Part shown: piece by piece, positions 1 through 13,163 of the stretch | How positions within the stretch are numbered: the first letter of the stretch is position 1 | How the letters are laid out: every line of letters begins with the position of its first letter | Assembly: GCA_013265495.1 (NCBI GenBank) | Contig: MU058844.1 | Span: forward strand, 8,121,260-8,185,259 | Direction of reading: 5' to 3' | DNA: 64,000 nt | From: Vicugna vicugna | Taxonomy: Eukaryota | Made by a program: the position numbers and the translations under genes | The notes under the pieces: generated by a model | The model's database searches: none | The model's input: only the letters and a program-made list of their open reading frames with translations | Told to the model about the DNA's origin: nothing

Positions 1-95
1 ACAGCAGATTTGTCTGTTTTCTTCACTACTTCATCCTCCACATCTAGAAGAGTGCTTTATACCTAGAAGACACTCAGCGCCTATTTTTCAAAAAA
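1..95 (+). mobile_element. L2 3'-end relic
   Basis: TTTGTCTGTTTTCTTCACT...TCTAGAAGAGTGC...ACTCAG resembles the L2 3' terminus. Confidence 0.55.
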
Positions 96-604
96 ATAAA
101 TATCATAAAAAGAGAGCATCTAGCAAATTCCTTGTCACATGACAGGCATTGAAGGAAAAAAAAAAGGAAGTTAATTTAACTCTGAACCCAAATTAAATGT
201 AGAAGCGTGAAATGGTTCTAAACTCCAAAAAATAAAAATAAAAACAACAAAATCCTGGATGAACTGAGCTATTTAGATGCTACTACTTTTCTGTCACTCA
301 AGACTCCTTCCTAACCAGGCTAAATTAATTTGTCAGGCATGTGTGCTTCTCCAGTACTTTATATGAAATTCTATTAGCACTTAAAGCACAGAGATATAAT
401 TAATGCACCCGTCTTATTTTTCCTGGGGACTGGAGTAATGCTACACATCTTTGTATTTTTAGCACTTATAAAACCAGCAATTGCATGTGAAGTGTAGATT
501 ATTTGTATTGAAAGCTATTGTAGGCAAACAGCATTGGTCCCAAGGTCAATGGATGAGTCTTTCATAATCCTATTTAGACCTTCCATTTTAACCAAACTTG
601 CACA

Positions 605-830
605 AAACAGTACAATGGAAAGATCACGAGCTTTGGAGTCAGACCTCTGAAGGGAGACCTCTTCTCCACTATGTTCTCTCTGTGAATACTTGGGCAAATT
701 ACTTCACTCCTATAAACCTCCGTTTCCTTATCTGTAAATGAGTTTAATAATCCCTACTCTCATAGAACTGAACAAAGTAATGCACAAAAGACACAGTAAG
801 CCTTGATAAATGGTGGTTGCTATCATTATT
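605..830 (+). mobile_element. MIR SINE
   Basis: GCTTTGGAGTCAGAC...TTGGGCAAATTACTT...CTCCGTTTCCTTATCTGTAAATG MIR core. Confidence 0.8.
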
Positions 831-2249
831 ACCACCAGTTTTGTGTATATGCAAATGAAAGCTAATGAATTCAAGTAGGGTATTTCTCTTCCTCTTTAAA
901 CAATATGGAAGTCAGCACAGCCGTGGAGATTACACTGCAGAACGGGAGAAAATCCAAGACTACAAATTATCCTGTCCAAGAACCAGAAACTTTAGGCTGC
1001 TGCTTTGACAGCTTAAATTCAGCCCTTTTCTCACTCAGCTTGCCCATTTTTCAATGGGCACCTCTGCATTTTTCTCCTTTCTTGTAATTTTACCTCTAAA
1101 GTACATTCATTTGTGGAATCATCCTATTTTTTTGACATAAGAGTTGTCACCCATTCAAATATTCACCCAACAATGAGAAACTCAAGTCATGTTGTATGGT
1201 CAGAAGAAAGTTTAAATGCCTTTAAGACTCCAGTGTTGCCCCACCACATTCCTGGAATTCAGGAAACCAGGTACCAGGCTGAACAGTCATACACCCAGCT
1301 GATGAGTCTACTGCTAACACCTAAAATAGTTCTTGCTCCTGAGTTGGTGCAGTGGTGTCCTGTAGAGCAGGCAGAGGGTGTCAAAGAATAACTACCCCAG
1401 CATTTGTTAACTCTCCACCTCTAGACCAGTCTCAGGCTCAGTATCTTTCATCAAAGGGAAGATTTCTCTCTCGAGGGGTAACCTATTTCAAACAATAATA
1501 CACGGCTAGCAAAGAAAATGAACCAAAATAGAAAGAAAAATTTACTGTGATTTTAGGTTCTTTGGTTAAGCTTCTGGTAACTATAAAAGTAAATAATCCA
1601 TTCGAATGTGGACTTCAATCAAGCTGGAGCCCTAGCATGGCCACGTGCAAATAGCTGAATCCTCAACTGAAGTTAGTTTGGGGGTGGAGGGCACAGACAG
1701 GGAAAAGAGGGGCCTGGGAGGAGGGAAAGAACCACAAAATAAAAACCAACAGCCAAATGTCAAAAGCTGCCCTGGTATTAACAACAGAACAAAAGAGAAA
1801 GAACCGAGGGGGAAATAAGGGCAGAGTTGTAATTAATGATGAACTTGAGGGATGGTACATGGAAGTCTACTGCATGGTCTCTAGTCCTAACTGGCAAATA
1901 GAAAATTATTTCCAGAGTAACAAATTTTTATAAATTTAAGGCAGGAAAGCAATGTACCATGGCAAAAGCATTGCACCTAGAGGAAGAGCTCCAATGTCAA
2001 TTCTACTCTCAACTAATCCTGTGACTAATTTCCATGGGCCCCAAATTCTGTGAAAAGAGATAGAGTAGCATATAGGTAGACAGGTCAATTCTAATGCCCC
2101 TCTCCAGCCATGAAATCTTGTGTTTTGATGAAAATCTTACGTTGAAATATTATATAGGGGATCTAATTCTAAACGTACACACATCACTGAATCCCAAACA
2201 CAGCTATTCATCAAATTCACAAAGGGAGCTCTTAAAAAGTTGTTTTGAG

Positions 2250-2394
2250 GGGGGAAGGTATAGCTCAAGTGGTAGAGCCCATGCTTAGTATGCATGAAGT
2301 CCTAGGTTCAATCCCCAGTACCTCCTCCAAATATAAATAAATAAACCTAATTACTTCCCTCATAAAACAAACAAAAAGCAAAATGTGTAAAAAA
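2250..2394 (+). mobile_element. Vic-1-type tRNA-Ala-derived SINE (long form)
   Basis: GGTATAGCTCAAGTGGTAGAG (A box), GGTTCAATCCC (B box), A-rich tail; 16-bp TSD AAAAAGTTGTTTTGAG at 2234-2249 and 2395-2410. Confidence 0.92.
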
Positions 2395-2410
2395 AAAAAG
2401 TTGTTTTGAG

Positions 2411-2599
2411 ATACACACTACTCCATATAAAACAGATAAACAACAAGGACCTACTGTATAGCACAGGAAACTATCTTCAATTTCTTACAATAAAATACAA
2501 TGGAAAATAATCTGAAATATATATATGTATATGTATAACTGAATCACTTTGCTGTACATCTGAAACCAACTATACTTCAATAAAAAACAAAATTAAAAA
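2411..2599 (+). mobile_element. 5'-truncated L1 3' UTR
   Basis: AGATAAACAACAAGGACCTACTGTATAGCACAGG...CAACTATACTTCAATAAAAAA; flanked by the same 16-bp repeat. Confidence 0.9.
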
Positions 2600-2612
2600 A
2601 AAAAGTTGTTTT

Positions 2613-2726
2613 GAGGGTGGGGAATAGCTCAGTGGTAGAGTGCATGCTTAGCATGCAAGAGGTCCAGAGTTCATTTCCTAGTACCCCCATTAAAATAAAT
2701 AAATCAGTTAATTAATTAATTAAAAT
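2613..2726 (+). mobile_element. Vic-1-type SINE (short form)
   Basis: ATAGCTCAGTGGTAGAGTGCATGCTTAGCATGCA, degenerate B box, A/T tail; TSD AAAAGTTGTTT. Confidence 0.9.
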
Positions 2727-3954
2727 AAAAAGTTGTTTCTTTACTGCTACCGCTCCACCAGCTCCCTCTCTACACCTCAAAAACAAAACAAAACAAAAAA
2801 TAAGCAGAGCACAATGTTCTTATTCAGTGGGTTCTGGTTTTGGGCTACAATCTCTGGTTTAAAATAGTTCCCCCATGAGAGGCTGATGATCATCCCAGTT
2901 TTAAATATTAAAGAAAACCCATGATGAATCCTAATCTTTAAACAGTCACTACCCTCCTGTTTCACCTCTCAATTAAACCCGATTTTTAAGTATTGGATTT
3001 TCTGAAATCAAATCCAATTTTACCTACAGACTCGTCTCAGCAAGTCCAAGCTACTAGGATTTACATTTCTGTAAAAATAATTTGGTCTGAATGTTATTAA
3101 GGGATCTAAAATATTTTCTAAAAATTTTGGCAGCCAGCAAATTGTACTGCTTTTAAAATAAAACTTTTTGCCTTCCCTACTCTCCCTAGGAGGTAGAGAA
3201 ATAAACCAAACTGTGGAACAACAGTAACAGCAAAAAACAGGCTCAATGTTTCCCTGAAAAGGTTATAAGAGATTCTAGAATCAGCAGCAACAATATTGCC
3301 TGCCAGGTCGGGGAAGAATAGGAGGAGGAAAGAGATGCACGTTCACCCTTAGGTGATAACGGTGCTTCCTCTTTCTCCAAAGAATAGACTTGAACCACAA
3401 GCCACTGCAGCTACTGAACTAATCTTCCATACTCTAAACCTTGCTAAGAGGAAACATACAAGAAACAGGGTGGTGGGGGGAACAGAACAGAAAAAGCTCC
3501 TCTCCCCTCCAGTTTCAGATATATAAGCAACAGTACCATCCTGAGCCTGAAGGGGAAAAAAATCAGGCTCTAAAAGTCAAATGATGGCGAGATATTATCA
3601 ATGGAGAAAAATTAAGGAGTGACTATGTCTACTTGTCTTCAATCAATTAAACAAAAAGTAAATGATCATATTGTGTTGTTCAGAAGAATTATCCTTGATA
3701 AAAGTCCTTTTCTCAATATTTTTTAAATTGTCAGTATTGGTGAACAGTATAGCAAACGCACTGATTGACGTGTCAACCCATATGTGACTAGAAAAGCCAC
3801 AGCTACACTGAGTGCTCTGTAAAATGACGGACAAGAAGTTTGCTACTACTGAAATGCTATGGAAATGCAGTAAATGCTGATGACCATGATGAGATCCACT
3901 ACAGAAAAGGAACTTGGCTAAAGAGTGTACATTTCCAATACTCATATCTGAAAA

Positions 3955-4085
3955 CAACTTTGCAAGGCAAATATTGTATTCCTATCCTACAGACCGTGTG
4001 ACGGATGCTCAGTATGTTTAGCAGTTTATCCAAAGTCACATAATTTAAATCTAAATCTGCGGGCTCCAGTTCTCTGGTCTTTTCA
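3955..4085 (-). mobile_element. MIR relic
   Basis: CCTATCCTACAGA...GCTCAG...TTTATCCAAAGTCACA resembles reverse MIR core. Confidence 0.55.
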
Positions 4086-4159
4086 TATTGGCCTTACTTG
4101 CACCTATCCATGAGAATGCTAGCCAATCATCAAATGGTTATATTCAAAGTGAACAATAC

Positions 4160-4269
4160 TTTTCTTTAATTAATTTTTGTTGTTGTTAATGGAGGTACTG
4201 GGGATTAAACACACGACCTTGTGCAAGCTAAGCATGTGCTCTTACTGCTGAGCTATGGCCCCCACCTCC
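4160..4269 (-). mobile_element. Vic-1-type SINE
   Basis: Reverse complement of the tRNA-Ala-like head (ATGGAGGTACTGGGGATT...GCTAAGCATGTGCTC...CTGAGCTAT) with T-rich tail. Confidence 0.88.
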
Positions 4270-6619
4270 TAGCATTTGTTTTTATAGTATTAGACGCATT
4301 TAACTTTTTAATCACTCTATGCCATAAGATCTTAAGAAAGAAACTACACTTGATGGAATACGGAAACTGGTAAATTTTTGCCTGAATCTTCAAATTTGGA
4401 GAAATAATTCTTTGTAATTTGGAGTGCATCGTTTCATCAAAGTTATGGAAATACCTTCAAATCATTCATGTACAACCTTGGTATAATCTGGCTATTACAG
4501 AAGAATGTATTCATGCAGCTTATTCTGATAAACACACGACACAAACACACACAAACATACACACAGAAAACCTTTTAAGGGCAAGGGATTCAGTGTCTTA
4601 TATATTAAAAACTAAGATAATGTCCTTAAAAGGCTGGGTTGGTATGGCTAGTGGCTATAACTCAAAACTCACAAAATTAAAATATGAAAGTTTTTTTTCT
4701 TGTTTTTAAATACATAAAATTATGCTTATTTTTTAAATAGCCACAATCAATGTTGCATATAATCTAGGAGTCTATTAAATGTACTTAGTATTAGTCATCT
4801 TTAGCAATATATTAACGGAAATTCTGGATATATTTTCCATTTCTTCACATACTAAAAACTAACAGTCGTTTATTTGTTTTTAAATGTCCTTCATTTTTCT
4901 TTTGTTGCCCCTGCTGTTTTCTTTGAACCTCACATTAATTATAAACAAAATGAGAACCACACACCAAAATGCAGGTATTGCACCTTTGTCAATCAAACCA
5001 AAGAGAAGTATTATGATCTTTGCATCTTATTTGATTTCCTGAAATGAAATGAATAAACATGTGAAGAAAGAGAGAAAGTGCCCCTTGGAACGGAAACACC
5101 AACTTCACTAATCAAGGCCATAATTACTGAGGAAACACGTATTAAATTCTGAATTCATGCTATTTCACTTGATGCAAGAGTTATAATCAGACCAGCAGAG
5201 CATACAGGAGCCATCTGGGTGCCGCAGAGTTGTAAAGACAAACCCTGAGAGCAAGGGCATGTTGACCTTCCCAGCACCAAATCATTGCAGACTTTTGTAT
5301 TAGAAAGTGCTTTTGATTTCTTATTTTCCTTTTTGAAAAAAGGAATATTGCAATCAATAGGTATGACACGGGATGCAAAAAGTAAAAACATCACACCATA
5401 CAACCGTTAACACTGGGTCATGTATCATATATATTTTAATCATTAATAAATTTGATTTAATATTCAGTTTTATCTACCCCACCTCCCACCCTGCTCATGC
5501 CTTTTAAGGAATCTCTAATGCACTCCTGGAATCTGGCTTTCTCCAGCTTAAATTTCATTCGCAAAATCAACATGAAATTAGCATTTCCATTGTTTCCAGG
5601 CATTTAAGACAGGAATCTGACTTCCAGGCAATGACAATGGATTTCAGATTTGTGCAAACCACATCATTTTCTGTGAAATTGACAGTACCATGTTGAATAT
5701 GAGTAACCTGATAATCATGAGATCCCTGTCAGTCAGTCTGATTCCTCTGAGGCAGCAGGTTATTGAAAATTGAGCCGAGTGATGTAATACACATCCCCGA
5801 CAGTGTTATGAGAACAGCATAGTTGATTTCAATGAGACTCATTATTTATTCATCACAAGGTCCAATTTGCGTGTCATTTTCACTGACGGTGTACTGAGTT
5901 AACTGGTTGAAATTCAGTGCTGATAGAGTATTTTATTCTGTATTGTAAAAAGGACCCTTTAAATTTTTTCCCTGTCTTCCTGTATGAAAGAGTACAAAAC
6001 AAAGAGGGATTTTGTATTTGTGGCCATTCACGGTAACATCTGAACACCGTTCAGCAGTGCTGGAAGAAGGGACATAGGAGAAAGCCCTTAGGGACTACCT
6101 GTTTTTCTCATTAGGAGTGTATAATAATACACCAAGTATTACAGAGTAAAAAGTAAAATAATATTAGTTTTCAGAAAATAACTGCTTTTCTTTTAAATGC
6201 TTAAGAATGAGATAAACACAGATAGGAGACACACACACTGAATGAGATATAACCTGCACTCTGGAATCTGATCCTTAGCCTCATCATCGAAAGGACCCTC
6301 TCTCACATTTGGGGGAAAATAGAAAAGAAAGTTCCCCAAGAGGCAAGATGGAGGTGGCCTGGACATTCTTGGGCTTCTCTGCATGGATCAGTCCAAATGC
6401 TAACACATTTGAAAACCATCCATCATCTCCCAACACTGTTGGGGTCACAACATCATTAGACACAGTAACTATCTCAGTCTTCCTTTCCTGATTCATTTTC
6501 CTCGTAGGCTCACGTGCTCTATATATCTGCCGAAAGAAGCGGTCCTTAGTGACTTCCTTGAGCTTCCCTCTGTGCAATGCTCAAGCCTGACCCTCCAATT
6601 TTCCTTGCCTCTCCAACAA

Positions 6620-6930
6620 TAAATGCCTGTATCCAAAGACTCCTTTGGGGCCCTGATCAAACATCTCTGCTCCAGAAGATGCTTCCTCATCTCCTCAGCT
6701 GAAAGTAACCTCCCCTTCCTCTAAAATACCCAGTGCCTCCCTTACAGCCCTCACCTCTCTCCAGCTCCAATTTCAGTTCTACACTTACACATGCACTGTT
6801 CTCAACTTCTTACTGCTCTCAAATGTCTTTAAGGGAGAATCTTGCCCATCCATCTCTGAATCCCCACATCGCCTAATACAGTGCTTTGCACAAAGATGAA
6901 TCTTCAAAAAATAATAATAATAATTTGTGA
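6620..6930 (+). mobile_element. L2 relic
   Basis: CATCTCTGAATCCCCACATCGCCTAATACAGTGCTTTGCACA...AATTTGTGAAT L2 3' end. Confidence 0.55.
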
Positions 6931-9284
6931 ATAGATCACTGTTCCAGGTACCAACACTCTAACGCAAGCGTTGCAGAAATTTGCAAGGGTACAGTCAGCT
7001 TCCCAAATTTAAATGACTCAACTTGAACCTCAACTGCATATGGAATACAGAATCATCTTAAAGCAGCTGAGCGAAGAAGCCAACCTGTAGGACTAAAATA
7101 CCTTATTAATCTTCAACTTTTTGAATTGTAAAAGATTTCTGAACCTCGACTTTGTTTGTGGTATTATCTGGTTAGTGGTGTTGGCAGCTGTTCAAAGTTC
7201 TAAAGCACTACAGGTCATGAATATTAAATGCTACAATAAGCCTACTGGGCGGAAATCCAAATTCATTTGTAAGTGCATGACAGACAGTCAGCCCTCCTGT
7301 TTCAACAATGCTAGGAAATACTGAGATCAGAATCGGAGCATCCTTCTCTATCTGGATTCTCACAAAGTCAAATGTAAGACAAATGAAGGAAAAACACAAC
7401 CCTCAGAAAGCAGGAACGCTACTTGAAGGAGAATGGCCCAGATGTTGACTAAAGACAATCAGAAACAGGGAACGTATCACATTTCATTCGGCGCAATCAA
7501 TACGAGGGTCACATCTTGAGTAAAACTATAACCTAGTCTAGAAAGCAAAGGGACAAAGCCACCAATGATAATAGATTCCACCAATGCCATCCCGAGCTGC
7601 TAATCAACTAAAACAGCACATGCGGATTCAATGCATAAGTACCTGCAGGCTATACGCTCTCTATTCTGTACATGGGGAGTCACACAAAATAGTCTGATGT
7701 ACAGAAGCACCGTGTTGAATGACTTCAGTGTTCCAGCAGTGGCAAACCCAAAAACTTCAACAGAACATAAGCCCCCACCCCGAGAAACCATTCTCAAGAT
7801 AAACCCTGCAAATGGTTTGGAAATATAGGACTGTTTGTTAGCGTGGGTCTGATCACTATGTCCTGATGTAGAATCCAGCTTGCAATAATACCCAAGATAA
7901 AGGTACACTTTGCTCACCATACGCAACCTCCATCCATCAAATCCTGCTTAGCATTAAAATAAAGTTTCTGGACAGAGATGACTTATTTTCCACATGCAGC
8001 AATGCCTCCCTTTTCCCTCTCTAATACTATAGACTCTCTATTTTGTTTATATGAAACAGAGCCACAAAATTTTATTTGAAGAAAAGGAGGCTGTCCAGAT
8101 AATGCGTATCTTAGAAACAACGACAGCAAAATAAATGTAGTCATCTTAAGAGAAAGTTTTAAAAGATCAAATTAAAAGGGCTTCATTTTTCCAAATTATC
8201 TTGGGCTATTATTAGAATTGTTACACTGGTTTTCAGATTTCCTTTTAAAAAAATTTTTTTTCACCTGTAACTGAATAAGTGATTATGGGGCTAATAAAGG
8301 GGAAAAAAAGATGTTTCCACATTAAAACAGTTAACAGAAGTTAAATAAGCACAGAAAATGGCCACTGGGCAAGCAATGACTGATGTTGGGTAAGTAAGAA
8401 AAATGTTGCCTTTACTGATTTTATTACCCATGTACCTCCTGGGGTCAAGAGGGACTTGTAAAAAATTTTGTGGGCAGATAAAAGTCTAGCATTTATTTGC
8501 AAAGTTAGTTTCATAGTGTTTCAAAGGTTTCTCCTCCACACCCCACCAACCATTCTTTGACAACAGAAAACAAAGAAAGTCAAAGTCATCCAAGAAAGGT
8601 GAAAATAATCATTTGGTGAGAGGCCAAGAAAACTTCTTTTTCAACATTTTTCTGACATGCATTTCCTCCAGTCTCACCTTCCAGACCCCACTAAACAGGA
8701 ATGAAATTCTCATTGTAGAAACAAGAGAGGACAGGATTTCACTTTATAATTGTAGGTGGATATTTTAATCTGCAACAAGTGTGAAATCAGGAGTTTCCTA
8801 AATACCTACTATGTGCCAAATGGTGCATGAGCTGCCAAGAATAATGCAGGAAACACATTAAATAGACATTGAAGTGAAGAACTAGGACATTTTAAAATTT
8901 TATAAAAATAGTTCAGAACCCTTTGTTCAGACGTATTTCTGCAGATTTTATATTTAGTGTTTTCTTACAAATTTTCCTTCTGAAAACTATATTATTTTAT
9001 GTCATATTATTTCATACCAAACCACATTATTTCATAAGTCCTATTATTCTCTTGATAAGCACTTATTAAGTAAGTTAAATGTGTTCATCTTTTTGGCATA
9101 TTCACGACAGTGACTAGCAGATATAAACACTATACATGGTTATTAAATACCCAGTAAAATACGATATTCTGGGTACTGTTTTTCACATACTTCTTCAAAG
9201 AAAAAGAAAACTTTCATATTTCCTTTGCAGAACTACAAAATTTGTATACATAATACTGACATGGGCACCATTTGCAGGGACTCT

Positions 9285-10520
9285 CAGAAGTCAAAAAATG
9301 GCAGCCACGAATTCTGCCCAACAGAGCCATCCCAAGGATTTCATCTGGCTCAAATGGAAATATTTGTTTTTAAATTAGTAACCAGTATGAAATAACAGAG
9401 ATGTTATAGAAAATCCAGATGCCTGTCTATCTTAGAAAAATCTTAACCTCTACTGAACTGAAACCTGTACTTTCTTTTTTAATTCTTATGTTTTATTGAA
9501 GTGTAGTGTATTCACAATGTTAGCTTCAGGTCTACAGCAAAGAGCTTCAGTTATATATATAGATTACATATTTTTTTAGATTTTTTTCCATTATATGTTA
9601 TTACAAGAAACTGAATATAGTTCCTTGTGCTATAAGGCAGGTTCTTGTTGTTTTTCCCTTTGTACCTAGTAATGTGTAGCTGTTAATCCCAAACTCCTAA
9701 TTTATCCCTCCCCCCCATTCCCCTTTGGTAACCACAGTTTGTTTCTTATGTCCATTAGACCCATTAGACTATTTCTGGTTTGTAAATAAATTCACTTGTA
9801 TCATTTTTAGATTCCATATACAAGCAACATCACATGATACTTGTCTTTCTCTGTTTGACTTCACTTAATATGATAATCTCTAGGTCCATCAATGTTGTTA
9901 TAAATGACACTATTTCATTCTTTTTTATGGCTGAGTACTAGTCCATTGTATGTGTGTGTATATATACACACACACCACATCTTCTTTATCCAGTCATCTG
10001 TTGATGGACATTTAGGTTATTTCCATGCCTTGATTATTGTAAATGCTGCTGCTGTGAACACTGGGATGCATGTATCTTTTCAAATTAGAGTTTTCTCCAG
10101 ATATATGCCCAGGAGTCAGATTGCTGGATCATAGAGTAAAGCCTTTTTTCAATTTTTTAAAGGAACTTTCATACTGTCCTCCATAGTGGCTGCACCAATT
10201 AAAATTCCCACCAACAGTGTAGGAGGGCTCCCTTTTCTCCACACCTTCCCCAATATTTATTATTTGTAGACTTCTTAATGATGGCCATTCTGACTGGTGT
10301 GAGGTGATACCTCATTGTAGTTTTGATTTGCATTTCTCTAACAATTAATGATGTTGAGCATCTTTTCATGTGCCTGTTGGCCATCTGGATGTCTTCTCTG
10401 GAGAAATGTCTATTTAAACCTGCACTTTCTTATTGCTGTCATGGGATGGAGAGAAGTACTGAGGGAGGGCATAGCCTCTAGTTCCGCCCAGCTCTGATAC
10501 CACATTTGAGTTTGGGGCCA
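9285..10520. mobile_element. hAT/Charlie DNA transposon relic (MER102-like), split by the L1 at 9477-10415
   Basis: AAAATCCAGATGCCTGTCTATCTTAGAAAAATC before the L1 and CATTTGAGTTTG after it resemble recalled MER102 segments. Confidence 0.45.
9477..10415 (-). mobile_element. 5'-truncated L1 (ORF2 C-terminus plus 3' UTR)
   Basis: ORF 10199-10384 ([38 protein letters not shown]...) is the L1 ORF2 C-terminus; TSD AAACCTG(T/C)ACTTTCTT at 9461-9476 and 10416-10431. Confidence 0.95.
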
Positions 10521-10869
10521 AGATCTGATAAGAGGTAGAGAACTGAAAGCTCTGACGTTTCTGAAGAAATGTGAAGAAAGAAGCTGAGTGTGAACTACTA
10601 TGAGAGAAGCACTGCTGATAACACTATAAAAATGGAGAGCCCTGCACTCTGGTTTTAATAATTTCCAGCTTAAGGAGGACCACCATTTTTAGATTTTAAA
10701 CATTTGGCTAGTTCTCTAGTTTGCATAATAGAGTTAAACATTTGTGCACTGGAGTTTTCTGTTTCTGTATAAGTTATATTTTAACAGGGCAGGGGACTTT
10801 ACTTCATCTGGCAAACTATGATAACTATGATGCAGAGTTAATTGGTAAGATATTTAAGATGATTATTCT

Positions 10870-11200
10870 TTTAAGGTTGAAAAGGACCTTCTAAATCCAC
10901 TTCTTTCAATTTCTCATAACTCACCCCAGGCATAAAAAATCTATATATTTTAAAGACAGAATATGGAATTTTTCTATAACTTCCATATGTAATCTATGCC
11001 AGTGTTTACAAGCCCCATGGTCATGAAATTCTAAATGAAAGTTTTTGCTTAAATATTCATGTTTCAGCTTTAGTGGATTCCTAATTCATATGCTTTCAAA
11101 CCACTGCATGTTTAAAGACTACTAGGACTTTATCTCTTAGCCTTCTCTTTCTTAACATAAAGAATTACAGTTTCCATTGATACTTCTTCTCTCCCTTTAA
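10870..11200 (-). mobile_element. L3/CR1 relic
   Basis: GGTTGAAAAGGACCTT...AATCTATGCCAGTGTTTACAA...GAAATTCT resembles reverse CR1 3' end. Confidence 0.4.
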
Positions 11201-11836
11201 CTAATGTGTGTTAAGTGCCTTCCAAATACTGGGCACCCAGTTCACAATGAACACCCCACAACTTCACGTAATCTTCACAACATCTCTAGGAAAGAACACT
11301 AACTATGTTTCCACATGAAGGAACAGGTCACTGAACTCAGCCAGTGCAGGTTAAGGTTCAATTCCTTTTATTTTCTTCTCATCTGACTACCTTCTTTATT
11401 CATCTTCACAATTTCACAGTGTAGTAAAAAGATCACCACAAAGTCACAAATATGTGTTCTAGCTCTAGTGATTCCACCATTTTCTAGCTGACCTTCACAT
11501 CTCTGGTTCTCTACAGCTCAGCTGGAAATAAGGGACAGGCATAGATGGTCTCCAAGTTCCTTACAAATCTATACAGTCTCTTATCCCAGTGTCCTCATTT
11601 AGCTCACTGGCCCAAAACCTAAGAGTGAAAGAAAGAGCTAAGTTGAGAGAACAATTACCAGATGAAGGATTTTGCTGCCATGACTACGTCCCATGCCCGC
11701 AAGCAGCAGTTGCCAGACAGTCTGGGCAAGTTTCCATTTGAAAACTTCTCAAGACACAGAACAGTCAAAGTATTAAGACCTTTCCCAAAGTGTGGGGTCC
11801 TTCACACTCTCTAAATCTTAGAAATTCCTTTGCCAG

Positions 11837-12319
11837 TGATGGAGTTCCGGGCAGGCTGCTCCAGAAGGTGCCACTTTGGCAGGTGGATTACTTGGACCAG
11901 GAGACAATTAAAGCCCAACAGATTCAAGAAGAGCTTTCTACCTCCGCCTTAAGTGCCTAAGAGAATTTAGATAGGAAGCCTGTACCAGGTAGAGAGCTAT
12001 TATCAAAGATAACATTTTTACATAAGGAATACTCTTTGGCTTGGCATGGAAAACATTTGTTTACCATTTGCTCTTCCCAACTCCTGTGAATTGCCTTCCT
12101 CTCCTCTGAAGTCCCAAACCCTACCCCTGCTCCTTAGCACAGGATGACACAGAAGCCTCAGTTGCCTGACTGCTGGGGAGCTTCTCCTGTCTTTGTGGGA
12201 CTCCTTTATATACATAACTAAATTCATCTATCTACTGTTAATCTGCCTTAACGGTAACTTAATTATTAGGCCCCCAAAGAACTCAGATGGGAAGAAAGGA
12301 AAAGTTTTCCTCCCGTGCA
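11837..12319 (+). mobile_element. ERV1 solo LTR (MER34-like)
   Basis: Starts TGATGGAGTTC...GCCACTTTGGCA..GGATTA and ends GAAAAGTTTTCCTCCCGTGCA, like MER34-group termini. Confidence 0.75.
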
Positions 12320-12361
12320 CTCATAGCACTTCTCATTTTCTTAAGCAGCAGTTACCTGAGT

Positions 12362-12473
12362 AAGGTTGCCAGATAAAATATGAGATGCCCAGTTATATTT
12401 TAATTTCACATCAACAAAGAATACGTTTCTATTCTAAGTATGTCCCAAATACTGCCTGGGCCATATTTATAGT
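12362..12473. mobile_element. MER53-like hAT MITE (one half)
   Basis: AGGTTGCCAGATAAAATATGAGATGCCCAGTTATATTTTAATTTCA...AAGTATGTCCCAAATA. Confidence 0.7.
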
Positions 12474-13163
12474 AAGGAGCTCTCTCAGCAACTTTATCCT
12501 TGAAAGTCTGCTTAGAGAACTGAAAATTTCTCAGAAGTGAACTTCAAAGGTCTTCAAAGCAAGTCCTGAAATGACAAATCAAAATAATTTCTTAATTCAT
12601 GAGATAAGTCAAATGAAGACTCTGGAGAAGAAACCACAGCCTGTTTCACAGGCTATCAAATGTAAGGTCTTGAAACCCCCAGTCTACATCCTCAAATAGT
12701 TCTCACCCTACACAGGACAAGGACCATGATTTATACTTTTTCAATTTGTATTTCCAGTAATACAAGAAAACTTGCTATGGTTGATGACAGGGTTTTAAAA
12801 GAAAAGGATCATTCTCTCTAAATTTCCTGAAAGAATAATTAAAATTGATTTGAAATTAAGAGCTTGACTTTCAAACCTTATGTTGTTTTCAAAGCTTCAA
12901 CCTCTCACCAGAGTGTTCTTTAAAAGTTTCAGCATTTCACTGAAATTACAAAAGAACCTCATTAAGCGCTTGATACTTGGTTTCTAACTGAAAAGGTTAT
13001 GCTTCCCTGCCGAGCCAAAGCACAGCAGCGATTACTCGCCTACCAAGTTAAAAAAAAAAACTAAAACTAAATAAATAAATGTTCCCATTTCTCAATTTTT
13101 TTTCTTTATTTCAATTTCTTCCCGACTTGGTTTTAAGTAAAATTAAGAATTGAAAGGGGAAAA

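Noticed and set aside
2234..2737. CRISPR-like repeat-spacer array
   Set aside because: Eukaryotic locus; the spacers are recognisable retroelements and the repeats are TSDs.
6284..7926. ORFs of 97-108 aa as hidden exons or pseudogenes
   Set aside because: No recognisable protein similarity; lengths are within chance expectation for 64 kb in six frames.
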